From positions 28,879 through 52,878 of the forward strand of contig JAUWEG010000002.1 of NCBI GenBank assembly GCA_030608385.1: DNA of 24,000 nt. Reading direction: 5' to 3'. The DNA is from Candidatus Heimdallarchaeota archaeon (GTDB lineage: Archaea > Asgardarchaeota > Heimdallarchaeia > Heimdallarchaeales > Heimdallarchaeaceae). Under the pieces are notes generated by a model that did not search any database, was not told the DNA's origin, and worked only from the letters and a program-made list of their open reading frames with translations. Shown piece by piece: positions 1 to 9,700 of this stretch. Numbering within the stretch: the stretch's first letter is position 1; every line of letters starts with the position of its first letter. A program made the position numbers and the translations under genes.

Positions 1-845
1 GCTGATACAGCTTCTGCAAAAAGTAAATGATCTGCAGACACAGCTTCAAGTTCAGCGGCCATTAATGCAGCTCCAACATTTTCTAGTTCATCTGCATGTA
101 TTCGAAGTTTAAAACCCATTTTCTTGGATTCATTTAAGAAGTGTTGAGATTCTTCAACAGAAAAAGCCCCCTTATCTGTCCAAATGTCAACATATTCTGC
201 GAGATTTTGATGTTTTATCTGAGGTAATAACTGAATCATACTCTCAATGTATTCCCATTGATTCCCAAGATAGTCAGCAGGTTTGATATGACAACCGAGG
301 AATGTAGGAACGATATCAATTGGATGCTTTTCATTAACGCTCTGAATTACTTCAAGAATCTTTATTTCACTTTTTGCATCCAAACCATATCCTGATTTAG
401 CTTCAATTGTTGTTGTTCCATGTAAAAGCATTTCATCCAACCTTTTAAGAGCCAATGCTTCTAGTTCTAGTTTTGAAGCTTCTCTTGTCTTGTTAACTGA
501 AAACATTATTCCACCACCACTTTGAGCGATTTCTAGATAAGATTTACCTTGTATTTTCATTCTCAGTTCATGAGATCTATCTCCTGCAAAAACCAGATGA
601 GTATGAGAATCAACAAAACTTGGACATACAGTTTTCTTTTTCTTACAATCAATTATCTCATAATCAAATTTCGAATAGTTGGATAAAATTGTTGAAGTTT
701 CTCCAATTGCTTCAATAAGACCATTCTTGATTACAACAGCATCTGGTATTTCGTTAGAATAGATTGGTTCATAATTTGAAACAGGTCCCAGATATAGTTC
801 TGAAGCATTTGAAATGACAATTCCTTCTTTTTGTGAATTCTGCAT
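1..845 (-). CDS. hutI: Imidazolonepropionase (partial, C-terminus beyond window start)
   Basis: Manual reverse-strand translation is open from ATG at 845 to position 1: MQNSQKEGIVISNASELYLGP...VCPSFVDSHTHLVFAGDRSHELRMKIQGKSYLEIAQSGGGIMFSVNKTREAS...GTTTIEAKSGYGLDAKSEIKILE...LRIHADELENVGAALMAAELEAVSADHL. Amidohydrolase DSHTHLVFAG and HutI-type SGYGL and HADE motifs. Confidence 0.93.
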   Translation of the reverse strand, partial: MQNSQKEGIVISNASELYLGPVSNYEPIYSNEIPDAVVIKNGLIEAIGETSTILSNYSKFDYEIIDCKKKKTVCPSFVDSHTHLVFAGDRSHELRMKIQGKSYLEIAQSGGGIMFSVNKTREASKLELEALALKRLDEMLLHGTTTIEAKSGYGLDAKSEIKILEVIQSVNEKHPIDIVPTFLGCHIKPADYLGNQWEYIESMIQLLPQIKHQNLAEYVDIWTDKGAFSVEESQHFLNESKKMGFKLRIHADELENVGAALMAAELEAVSADHLLFAEAVS

Positions 846-951
846 CAATCTCAATTTTTAAGCAAAAAAGAAGTTTTTAAAGTTTACTTAAATATTTGAA
901 AAAAGAACAATGGAGAGGAATGAGAATTTATACACATTCCTATAAGTAATT

Positions 952-2475
952 TTAATCTAAACTTCCAATTTCTTTTTCAACTTCTTCAAGAATCTCACAT
1001 GACTTGACAAGAGCTTTCATAGCGTTATGATCATCAAATAATGGTCTATCTTCATCCAAGAATTCAACATGTCTTCGAATAACTTCTTTAGCTTTAGTAA
1101 CACCCTTACCAAACTCAAATTCTCTGAAGTCTAATGCTTGTGCTGCAGCCATGAGCTCAATGCCTAAAACTCCGTAAGCATTATCCATTATTTGGAAATT
1201 CTTGAGTGCTGTATTCATACCCATAGAAACAAAATCTTCTTGGTCAGCAGCTGCGGGTATAGATTGTATACTAGCAGGCATCGATAGAATTCTCATTTCT
1301 ACAATTTGCATACCAGCAGTATATTGACTTAACATTAAACCAGACATTAATCCAGCACCTTTTGTTAAGAATGGAGGTAACCCTACACTCAAAGCAGGAT
1401 GATTTAACCTATTCATTCTGCGTTCGGACATTACACAAACCATTGTAATAGCAGCTCCAGCTAAATCCATAGGCAAGCTTACAGGAGTACCTTGAAAATT
1501 AGCACCAGTTAGAGTAAGTTTTTCCTCTGTCAAGAAAACAGGATTATCACCAACACCATTTAATTCAATCTCAACTTGAGATCGACCCCAAGCCAGAGTA
1601 TCATGTACAGCACCTAAAACTTGTGGTGCAGATCGCATTGAATATGCATCTTGTACTTTAACTTTTAGCTTTCCTTCATAAAGAGCTCCACCTTTGAAAA
1701 GCTTAGTGAGAGCTTTTGCACATCTAACAGCTCCAGGAAAACCTCGAATTTCATGAAGTTTAGGTGTATAAGGTTTCAAGTTACCCATTAATGCTTCTAT
1801 CGACATAGCACAAGCGATTTCTGCTTGTTTCATAAAACGTAAAGCATCATATACAAAAATGGCACTCATTGCTGTAAGAAGATTGGAACCGTTAATTGCC
1901 GCTAAACCATCTCTTGCCTGTAAACCAGGTATTTCAATACCTGCTCTATCCATAGCTTCTTTTCCTGGCAGTAATTCTCCTTTATAAAAAGCTCGACCTT
2001 CACCCATCAATAATAGAGCAATTTGTGACATTGGAGCCAAATCTCCAGAAGCACCTACAGACCCTTTTTCACAAACTTCAGGAGTAACTCCTTTATTTAG
2101 CATTTCAACATATGTTTCAGCAATAATAGGTCTATTTCCAGAATAACCATTTGCTAAAACATTTATTCTGCCTAGCATTGCTCCGCGAATATGCTCTATT
2201 GGAGCAGCTTCTCCAATTCCAGCAGCATGATTATATATCAAATATTTCTGAAATAGCAAAACTTCATCACCTGTTAGGACCACTTCAGAAAATTCTCCTA
2301 TTCCTGTTGTAATTCCATACATAATTTCATTTGCTGCAATTTTCTCTTCAAGCATTTCTCTGCATTTTCTCATTCGTTCCATTGCATCTGGATGGATTTC
2401 CACTTTTTCATTATGTCGTGCAACATTGACAACATCTTCAATTTTTAGCCCTTTTCCAGTAATCACATAAGTCAT
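952..2475 (-). CDS. hutH: Histidine/aromatic amino acid ammonia-lyase (MIO family), co-directional with hutI
   Basis: 507 aa; GSVGASGDLAPMS MIO-forming ASG motif, YGITTGIGEFS, GVGDNPVF, DQEDFVSMG. About 106 bp upstream of hutI on the same strand. Confidence 0.9.
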   Translation of the reverse strand: MTYVITGKGLKIEDVVNVARHNEKVEIHPDAMERMRKCREMLEEKIAANEIMYGITTGIGEFSEVVLTGDEVLLFQKYLIYNHAAGIGEAAPIEHIRGAMLGRINVLANGYSGNRPIIAETYVEMLNKGVTPEVCEKGSVGASGDLAPMSQIALLLMGEGRAFYKGELLPGKEAMDRAGIEIPGLQARDGLAAINGSNLLTAMSAIFVYDALRFMKQAEIACAMSIEALMGNLKPYTPKLHEIRGFPGAVRCAKALTKLFKGGALYEGKLKVKVQDAYSMRSAPQVLGAVHDTLAWGRSQVEIELNGVGDNPVFLTEEKLTLTGANFQGTPVSLPMDLAGAAITMVCVMSERRMNRLNHPALSVGLPPFLTKGAGLMSGLMLSQYTAGMQIVEMRILSMPASIQSIPAAADQEDFVSMGMNTALKNFQIMDNAYGVLGIELMAAAQALDFREFEFGKGVTKAKEVIRRHVEFLDEDRPLFDDHNAMKALVKSCEILEEVEKEIGSLD

Positions 2476-2639
2476 ATTATTATCCCTTTTTTTTGAATTT
2501 AAGAAAACTAAGAATGCTTTGTTTAAAATATTTCCCCAATGTAACTGAAAACAAAAAACTAGTGAACATCAGGATGATTGAAGAAATTGGGGAAAGCATA
2601 ATGAATAAATAATATAGAATGTAGGAATATTAGATAATC

Positions 2640-4181
2640 ATGAACCAAGAAATTGTAGTTCTAGACGGAGATTCCTTAACTATAGATTCTTTGATCGAAA
2701 TTACACGATTTAGAAAAAAAGTTAAAATCAGTGAGGAAGGAACAAGAAAAATAAAAGAAGCAAGGGTAATTATTGAAGCTAAACATGATAAAAACGAAAC
2801 TATTTATGGTGTATCTACAGGTATTGGAAAACTGTCCAATACAATCATTTCTCCTTCTGAAAGAGAAATTCTTCAAAAGAATTTGATCAAATCACATAGC
2901 ATTGGATTTGGTCCTAATCTTCCCGATGAAATAGTTTTAGGTGCCATGGTTATAGAGTTGAATTCATTTTGTAGAGGAGGGAGCGGTGTTCGAATAGAAA
3001 TTACTGAAATGCTTGAAAAACTGATTAATGAGAGAATCATACCTCTTGTACCCAGTATAGGCTCTCTGGGAGCTAGTGGGGATCTCTCACCTCTTGCATA
3101 TATAGCTAGAATTTTGATTGGAGAAGGAAAAGCAAAGTTAGATGGTAAAGTACTCAAAGGTTCCGAAATTCTTGCTGAACTTGATTTGTCTCCTATAGAA
3201 CTTAAAGCTAAAGAAGGATTATCATTAATTAATGGAACACATGTACTAACTTCTTTTGCAGCACATGCTGTTTCTGATTCTATGAATATTTTAGAAAACT
3301 CAGTTATTACAGTTGGTTTAACTTTGGAAGCCTTCGAAGGCAATATTAGTGCATTTTCCTCTTTTATAATGGATTTACGACCACACGTAGGACAAATGAG
3401 ATTCGCTAAAGCTATTTTGGATATTCTTAAGGGCAGTGATTTGCTAAGTAATCAACCAAAAAGAATTCAAGATCCTTATTCTATCAGATGTTCTCCACAG
3501 GTTCATGGAGCGATACTAGATGTTGTAGAGCACTGCAAGAATCTAGTAGAAATTGAAATTAATTCAACAACTGACAATCCTCTAGTCTGCTTAGAAACTT
3601 CAAAAGTTGTTTCTGGGGGAAATTTCCATGGAGAACCTATAGGTCTTGCTATGGATTATTTGTGCATAGCTATGACAGAATTAGGAAATATCTCTGAAAG
3701 AAGGGTAAACCTTTTACTAGATTCAACAATATCAGGACTTCCATCTTTCTTGATACAAAAACCTGGTTTAAACTCAGGTTTAATGATGATACAATATGTA
3801 GATGCAGCGATAGCTGCTGAAAATAAAATATTAGCTTCTCCTGCTTCAATCGATAATATATCAGTTTCAGCTAATCAAGAAGACCATGTTTCTATGGGTC
3901 TCACTGCAAGCAAGAAAGCGTATCAATTAGTCAAGAATGTTGTGCAAATGATAGCCATTGAATTTTATACTGCATATCAAGCATTAGGATTTAAAGAAGA
4001 TTTGAATAATGTTTCTGAAGCTGTACAAGAGATATATGAAATAGTAAGAAAAGATATTCCTCCATTGAAGGAAGATAGATTCTTTGATGAAGAAGTGAAA
4101 TGGATTTCTGAAAGAATAGATAATCAAGTATTTACTAAAATGGTTAAAGATAAAATGGGGCGTATTTTAGGTGATAATTAG
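2640..4181 (+). CDS. Second aromatic amino acid ammonia-lyase, HAL-like
   Basis: 513 aa; YGVSTGIGKLS, LIKSHSIGFG, GSLGASGDLSPLAYIARILIGEG, TTDNPLV, NQEDHVSMG. Divergent from the 952..2475 gene. Confidence 0.9.
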   Translation: MNQEIVVLDGDSLTIDSLIEITRFRKKVKISEEGTRKIKEARVIIEAKHDKNETIYGVSTGIGKLSNTIISPSEREILQKNLIKSHSIGFGPNLPDEIVLGAMVIELNSFCRGGSGVRIEITEMLEKLINERIIPLVPSIGSLGASGDLSPLAYIARILIGEGKAKLDGKVLKGSEILAELDLSPIELKAKEGLSLINGTHVLTSFAAHAVSDSMNILENSVITVGLTLEAFEGNISAFSSFIMDLRPHVGQMRFAKAILDILKGSDLLSNQPKRIQDPYSIRCSPQVHGAILDVVEHCKNLVEIEINSTTDNPLVCLETSKVVSGGNFHGEPIGLAMDYLCIAMTELGNISERRVNLLLDSTISGLPSFLIQKPGLNSGLMMIQYVDAAIAAENKILASPASIDNISVSANQEDHVSMGLTASKKAYQLVKNVVQMIAIEFYTAYQALGFKEDLNNVSEAVQEIYEIVRKDIPPLKEDRFFDEEVKWISERIDNQVFTKMVKDKMGRILGDN

Positions 4182-5038
4182 TGAAAATTTCTGTAATCGG
4201 TGATTGTCATGGCAGCAATGCAAACTTGCATCGTATTCTTCGAAAAATAAGAAAAACAGATGCTCTCTTTATTACAGGAGATATTGCAGGAACCATATCC
4301 TATCGTTTGGTTCTAAAGTCTATTCTCAAAAGCAAGAAAATCTCCAGGGAAAAATATACAGAATTGGTTTATGATAAGTATCTTCCCCAATTTATCGAGT
4401 TTCAGAGAAAATCTACAAGAAAAATTTTCAAGATACTCTCAAAAGCAAGTATTCCTGTTTTTTATACTCATGGCAATAGTGATTCCGAAGAAGTTATAGA
4501 AATTTTCAAAGAATATTCTGAAAGCATTCCTCAGTTCTATTATCTAGGAGATTCAACCGTTAAACATGAAAATCTGCTAGTAGTAGGGTATGGATTTTGT
4601 TCTCCAGCTGAATATAGAACACCATTTCAAACACCTGGTGAAAAAGACAAGGAAGAAATATCCAAAGACTTGAGTAAACTTGAAAATAAAATTCTGAAAT
4701 ATGAAAAAAATAAAACGGATCTTCTTATCGGTTTATTTCATGAACCTCCTAAGGACACAAAATTAGATTATATTGGATGGTGTTCTATTCATTCAGGAAG
4801 TGAATTAATTCAAAACCACACTCTCAAAATTCCTTATGATTTGATTTTTGCAGGACACATTCATGAATCACAGAATTATGACATACAAGGAGAAACAATT
4901 TTAGTAAATCCAGGTCCTCTTGTTAATGGAAAATGGGCTATTGTTGATACTGATAAAAGAACCGTTTCTTTGAGAAAAATACCAATAGTGCTCTCTATCA
5001 AAAGTCTAATTTATCGCAGCAGAGAAACCTTCAAGTGA
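4181..5038 (+). CDS. Calcineurin-like metallophosphoesterase
   Basis: 285 aa, GTG start overlapping the upstream TAG stop by 1 nt (TAGTG). Motifs ISVIGDCHGS, FITGDIAG, YTHGNSD, GLFHEPP, FAGHIHES, LVNPGP. Confidence 0.87.
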   Translation: MKISVIGDCHGSNANLHRILRKIRKTDALFITGDIAGTISYRLVLKSILKSKKISREKYTELVYDKYLPQFIEFQRKSTRKIFKILSKASIPVFYTHGNSDSEEVIEIFKEYSESIPQFYYLGDSTVKHENLLVVGYGFCSPAEYRTPFQTPGEKDKEEISKDLSKLENKILKYEKNKTDLLIGLFHEPPKDTKLDYIGWCSIHSGSELIQNHTLKIPYDLIFAGHIHESQNYDIQGETILVNPGPLVNGKWAIVDTDKRTVSLRKIPIVLSIKSLIYRSRETFK

Positions 5039-5114
5039 AATCTTAATGATATGACCAAAAATTTAATAAAGATTCAATTTTACTGTAATTTACTCAAAAG
5101 TAGTAAAAAGAGAG

Positions 5115-6257
5115 ATGTATATGATACCTGTTGTTGATGTTGACATTAAAGAACCTGAATTGAAAGCAGTTCAAGATGTAGTTAAGAGCAAATATCTTGT
5201 TGAAGGTAAGAATGCGAGATCGTTTGAGGAAAAATTTTCTAAGTTTAGTGGAGCTAAATTTACTTCAACTGTTGTAAATGGAACATGTGCTTTACACCTA
5301 GCTATGGTTGCTCTGGATATCGGTCCCAAGGATGAAGTAATCACAACCCCTTTTACATTTGTTGCATCTTCTAACACAATTCTCTTCTCTGGGGCTATAC
5401 CAGTATTTGTAGATATAGACAGAGAAACATACAACATAGATCCAGAAAAAATTGAAGAAAAAATCACTGAAAATACAAAAGCAATAATGCCAGTTCATAT
5501 TTTTGGAAATCCATGTGACATGAAAGCAATTATGGACATAGCTGAGGATCGAGATTTAATTGTGATTGAAGATTGTGCACAAGGTCACGGTGCAACAATT
5601 GACGATACTCATGTCGGGAATTTTGGAAGTATTGGATGTTTTTCATTTTATGGAAGCAAAAATCTAGTAGGGGGAGAAGGGGGAGCAGTTATAACAAATG
5701 ATGAAGAATTAGCTGAAAAAATAAAAAGCATAAAGAATCACGGAAGAAGCCCTGCGGGAGGATACGCGCATTATTTCATAGGATTTAACTATCGGATGAC
5801 AGATTTGACTGCAGCTATAATGAATGTTCAAATGGATAGAGCACAAGAAATACTATCAAAGAGACATGATACAGGAGATAAATATAGAGAGGGATTGAGT
5901 GAACTAGAAGATTTAAGAATCCAAAAAGTTTTTTCTGGTCATCAACATTCTGATTATATTATGGCACCTGTTATTTTAAACAAAAAGTTTTCACAAAATG
6001 AAGTTATTGAGTACTTGAAAGGCAAAAATATTGGGTCTAGAGCTATTTACAATAAGCTTTCCTATCAACAACCTTGCTATTTAGATCTATCAAAGTGGCA
6101 TTTATCAAGAGTTATTGATTATCCAGATTATTCAAAAATTAAATGCTCAAACTCCGAGTTTGTAGCACAAAACCACTTTGAAATTCCAATGGTTACGTCT
6201 CTAACAGATGAATCTATCACATATATAATAGAAACGCTTAGTGAGTTTTTCAATTAA
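5115..6257 (+). CDS. DegT/DnrJ/EryC1/StrS-family PLP-dependent sugar aminotransferase
   Basis: 380 aa; NGTCALHLAMVALDIGPKDEVITTPFTFVASSNTILFSGAIPVFVDID, VIEDCAQGHGA, SFYGSKNLVGGEGGAV (PLP lysine context), FNYRMTDLTAAI. Confidence 0.92.
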   Translation: MYMIPVVDVDIKEPELKAVQDVVKSKYLVEGKNARSFEEKFSKFSGAKFTSTVVNGTCALHLAMVALDIGPKDEVITTPFTFVASSNTILFSGAIPVFVDIDRETYNIDPEKIEEKITENTKAIMPVHIFGNPCDMKAIMDIAEDRDLIVIEDCAQGHGATIDDTHVGNFGSIGCFSFYGSKNLVGGEGGAVITNDEELAEKIKSIKNHGRSPAGGYAHYFIGFNYRMTDLTAAIMNVQMDRAQEILSKRHDTGDKYREGLSELEDLRIQKVFSGHQHSDYIMAPVILNKKFSQNEVIEYLKGKNIGSRAIYNKLSYQQPCYLDLSKWHLSRVIDYPDYSKIKCSNSEFVAQNHFEIPMVTSLTDESITYIIETLSEFFN

Positions 6258-6359
6258 AACAGTTGAGATATCATTTTTTTTCTCTTTTCACTATATTTTT
6301 ACCTAATAAAGACCAAGGATTCTTTCGAAAAGCTTTTTTGACTATAGTGAGAATAATGA

Positions 6360-7274
6360 ATGAGTATAATGAGTGATATTGGTAGTGATGATTTTCCTCT
6401 ATACATGTCTTCAGTCAAAGTTGAAGAAACTGACAAAGCAGAAATTATCGTAATCTATGAGGGAGATGGAACTGGAATAGATAACGTCTTACTCATAGGT
6501 AAGAACAATAATTTACCTCAAGACATATCAAAAGCAACTCTATTTGTAAAAGAAGACAAGGTAGGGAAAGCAGCATATAAAATTGCATTTCCTATTTGGG
6601 AGGATGGTTCCTTTCAAGCAGTAGTTGAAAGAGAAGGAAAATATATCTACGAGCCAGGTGAAGCTCATAACATAGTCTTCCGTGGTCGGGGAATATTTCT
6701 AGATCTCCGTAAAATTTTCCATTTAGCAAAGGAGATAGAGAAACCAAAGAAAAAGACTAAGAAAAAAGAGAAAATAGTTATCGAGGAATCTATTCCTAAA
6801 AAGACTGAAGTAAAACAAACTGAACCACCTGCTTATGATGATTACAACATGTTAACTCTCAAACCAAAAAATTTCAGAATTTTTGGACCCGAACTTAAGG
6901 GTAATTTAATTCAAGCACTTGACTATCTTGAAAATGAAAAAAGCCAATCAATGATCTTCGATAATGTTATCCTTCCAGATTTAGCCAGGTCACTGAAAAT
7001 CTGTATAAATGAGGAACTAAGGGCATCGGTTTATGATGTCTGTTTTCCAGTAATTATCTTCATCGAAAAAGCACTAATTCTTAGTAATATGATCCACAAC
7101 CAATTAGAGAAAGAGGAATCAAAAGAGAGATACAAAAGAGAGGTTGTAGATAAGATTCCAGAAGTTAGAAAGACTATACAAGTGACAGAATTTCATCGTG
7201 CTACAGATTTAATAAAACGAGACTACGATGATGATATTCATGCTTTGAAAATGCGATTTTACGAGGAAATCTAA
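6360..7274 (+). CDS. Hypothetical protein with lysine-rich central linker
   Basis: 304 aa ORF; beta-rich N-terminal region, KKKTKKKEKIVIEE linker, predicted helical C-terminus; no family recognised. Overlaps the convergent 7271..8437 gene by 4 nt. Confidence 0.65.
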   Translation: MSIMSDIGSDDFPLYMSSVKVEETDKAEIIVIYEGDGTGIDNVLLIGKNNNLPQDISKATLFVKEDKVGKAAYKIAFPIWEDGSFQAVVEREGKYIYEPGEAHNIVFRGRGIFLDLRKIFHLAKEIEKPKKKTKKKEKIVIEESIPKKTEVKQTEPPAYDDYNMLTLKPKNFRIFGPELKGNLIQALDYLENEKSQSMIFDNVILPDLARSLKICINEELRASVYDVCFPVIIFIEKALILSNMIHNQLEKEESKERYKREVVDKIPEVRKTIQVTEFHRATDLIKRDYDDDIHALKMRFYEEI

Positions 7275-8437
7275 TCATTGTTTTGAACATTAATTTTTGT
7301 CAATTTATATTGATGATATGCAATTAGAACTTTTACATAACCATTTCTTATATCCGGAATATCTACTGGAGAATCAAGATCTAACTCCAGTTGTTCTATA
7401 GTTTCTAGTTTTTGCTCCGAAGAGAGGATTACAAATTTGAAGCTTTTCGCGTTTAGTAAAACTCTAGAACTTATTTGTTGGTTCCCACGACCCAAAAGAA
7501 AGCCTTGACCACCAATTGGTGTTAGTATAATAGATATATCTTTCCCTTTTGTAAGTTCATATAGTGTCGCTTCAGAAATATCTCTATTTACTATTTTTCC
7601 ATCCTCAAAGAGATCTACACCCAACAAGGTTTTCTCTATATTCATCGCTTTCATTACATGATAAATAGTACTTCCTGTGCCTAATACAACTATTCCATCG
7701 TTAATTGAATGTTCTTCCTTAAGCTCAAGTGCCATTACTTCATATGTTTCAACAGAGGTAACTGATGATGAGATTTTGCCTCCCTGTATTAACCCAGTTT
7801 TCTGAGGAACCATTAAATGACCGAATAGAGTAGCATGTACTTTATTTTCTCTAAATAATGCCTCATTTACATCCATAACATCTTCAGCAGTTATTACTAG
7901 CTCATCTGCAACAAGATCAACCATGATTTCACCTAAATCTTGAGGATGATAGAGAAAACACCCACTAAACATTTTTACTCCTGAAGGAATTCCCAAAGTA
8001 GGTATTTTATCAGCGATTACAGATGCAACATCTCTAGCTGTTCCATCACCACCTACAAAGAGTACCAAATCAACTTCATTTTCTAGAAAAATTTGGCAAG
8101 CTTTTTGCGTATCTTGAGCTGCAGTTCTATCTTTAGAAGGAGTGTAAATCAAGATTTTCTCGAAAGGATACTCTTCCAATATTTCTGCGCCCATTGGATT
8201 ATCACAATAATAAAAAGTAAGAGGTAACGAGGACGATAATGAAGATAGTGCTTTTTTCACTCTTTCAAAGGAATATTTCTCCCCACCCTCAAAATACTCC
8301 CATGCATCTTCAATTAAATCAGTTCCTTTCCAGCCTTTCTTCCCACCTATTCCTGCAATAGGATTAACCAGAAAACCTATTTTGAATGACACATGTTTCT
8401 GTAAAACAAAGATTAGATTAAGTTTTTTATCCGACAT
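7271..8437 (-). CDS. ATP-NAD kinase/AcoX-type (diacylglycerol kinase fold) family protein
   Basis: KIGFLVNPIAGIGGKKGWKGTD, VLFVGGDGTARDV, TLGIPSGVKMFSGCFLYHP, LTPIGGQGFLLGRGNQQIS. The real start may lie downstream of the annotated one, nearer KIGFLVNP. Confidence 0.85.
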   Translation of the reverse strand: MSDKKLNLIFVLQKHVSFKIGFLVNPIAGIGGKKGWKGTDLIEDAWEYFEGGEKYSFERVKKALSSLSSSLPLTFYYCDNPMGAEILEEYPFEKILIYTPSKDRTAAQDTQKACQIFLENEVDLVLFVGGDGTARDVASVIADKIPTLGIPSGVKMFSGCFLYHPQDLGEIMVDLVADELVITAEDVMDVNEALFRENKVHATLFGHLMVPQKTGLIQGGKISSSVTSVETYEVMALELKEEHSINDGIVVLGTGSTIYHVMKAMNIEKTLLGVDLFEDGKIVNRDISEATLYELTKGKDISIILTPIGGQGFLLGRGNQQISSRVLLNAKSFKFVILSSEQKLETIEQLELDLDSPVDIPDIRNGYVKVLIAYHQYKLTKINVQNND

Positions 8438-8460
8438 GAATGAAAAAGAAAATAGAATCG

Positions 8461-9015
8461 TTACTTATCTTCTTTATCTTTCTTAATTTTCTTAATCCCT
8501 AGATATTGGAAAACAGAGGCTATTATTGGTACTATAAGTTGCATCCAAAAGACAGTATAATCATAAGGTAGATTCCGATTTATGTGGATGAATAAATCGT
8601 TGGACATTGTGCCGAGTACAGAATCTGTTAGCAGAGGCTCTGGTATTTGAAACACTAGATCAACTGCGAACTGTGTTAAAGGCAGGATTGCACCAAGTAC
8701 TAAGAGTATTGTAATTAAAGGCAATATGAAAGTATAGAGTTTTTTTGGATGTCTATAAGTTAGATAAACAAGGTTTCCAAAGAATAGTAGAGTTCCTACA
8801 ACAAAGATTAATCCTATAACCAGTATTAGAATTAAAGTTGGTTTAAGATCATATAAATAAACAGTCAAACTGGTTAATTTGAATTGTTTAAGATGAGAAT
8901 ATAGTTTAAAGAAATGAATTATGTCTACAGCAAAAAGGAAAGATGTTAAAAGCCAGAGTACGGCAGATGTTATTCCATAAATATTTTTGGAGAAGATTCT
9001 ATAATCATGCTTCAT
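8461..9015 (-). CDS. Multi-pass membrane protein of unknown function
   Basis: 184 aa with about four hydrophobic segments and a lysine-rich C-terminus (KKIKKDKEDK). Confidence 0.65.
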   Translation of the reverse strand: MKHDYRIFSKNIYGITSAVLWLLTSFLFAVDIIHFFKLYSHLKQFKLTSLTVYLYDLKPTLILILVIGLIFVVGTLLFFGNLVYLTYRHPKKLYTFILPLITILLVLGAILPLTQFAVDLVFQIPEPLLTDSVLGTMSNDLFIHINRNLPYDYTVFWMQLIVPIIASVFQYLGIKKIKKDKEDK

Positions 9016-9020
9016 TTCTC

Positions 9021-9410
9021 TTAACCCCCAGTTTCAGTAGCTGATCTTTTCTTAACCGGAAAATACAAATTTAGTATCTTACCTATAGATAGTTCTTTAC
9101 TCAATTTTTTCTCAATGATTTTCACATGAAGTTGATATGTTATGAATAAACCAGCTATAATTACGAAATAAGCTAATACGGAAAAAGCTGGATCAATAGA
9201 TAAAGCAGTAGGGTCTGCATCTAAAAAGAACATTGGATAACCAAACATTGAAACAATCCAAATAATTCCCCACATACTGAAGTTCAATATGAATGCACTA
9301 AATGTCCATTCTCCAATAATAGCTGTGAAGAGAAAAGCTAGGATAAAGGCTATTAAAACATAAGCAGAACCATAGATCAACAACAGATGCCTTTTCTTAA
9401 ATTCAGTCAC
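9021..9410 (-). CDS. Small multi-pass membrane protein of unknown function
   Basis: 129 aa with about three hydrophobic segments; 5 bp upstream of 8461..9015 on the same strand, consistent with co-transcription. Confidence 0.65.
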   Translation of the reverse strand: MTEFKKRHLLLIYGSAYVLIAFILAFLFTAIIGEWTFSAFILNFSMWGIIWIVSMFGYPMFFLDADPTALSIDPAFSVLAYFVIIAGLFITYQLHVKIIEKKLSKELSIGKILNLYFPVKKRSATETGG

Positions 9411-9510
9411 AAACTAAAGAAAGATGAGACGGTTTTAAGTTTAACTGAATTACATAAAAACAATTAGAAAAAAATAATTTAACACAGTAAAGCAGTTTCT
9501 GCTACAGAGT

Positions 9511-9525
9511 TGTGATTATATCACA
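9511..9525. promoter_or_regulatory. Inverted repeat TGTGAT-TAT-ATCACA, candidate operator
   Basis: Near-perfect dyad, with a second TGTGAT half-site fused to a TATA-like element (TGTGATATATAAA, 9560..9572). Confidence 0.4.
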
Positions 9526-9700
9526 TTTTTTCTGTTGAAAAACGCAAAAAAAGCCAAAGTGTGATATATAAATCTATCTTTTTTGCATTTTATTGCACTT
9601 TTTTGAGAAAACTATTTAAGTGAAAATGCCCTAATATTACTACTAGAACATTAGAAACGGGTAAATTCACAGTTTTTACCGATAATGTTGTATACGTATA

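Noticed and set aside
2676-3343. Antisense ORFs 2676..2876 and 2873..3343 (-)
   Set aside because: Opposite the well-supported ammonia-lyase gene; low-complexity S/P-rich translations typical of shadow ORFs.
5171-5498. Antisense ORFs 5171..5467 and 5298..5498 (-)
   Set aside because: Fully inside the DegT-family aminotransferase gene; no recognisable protein features.
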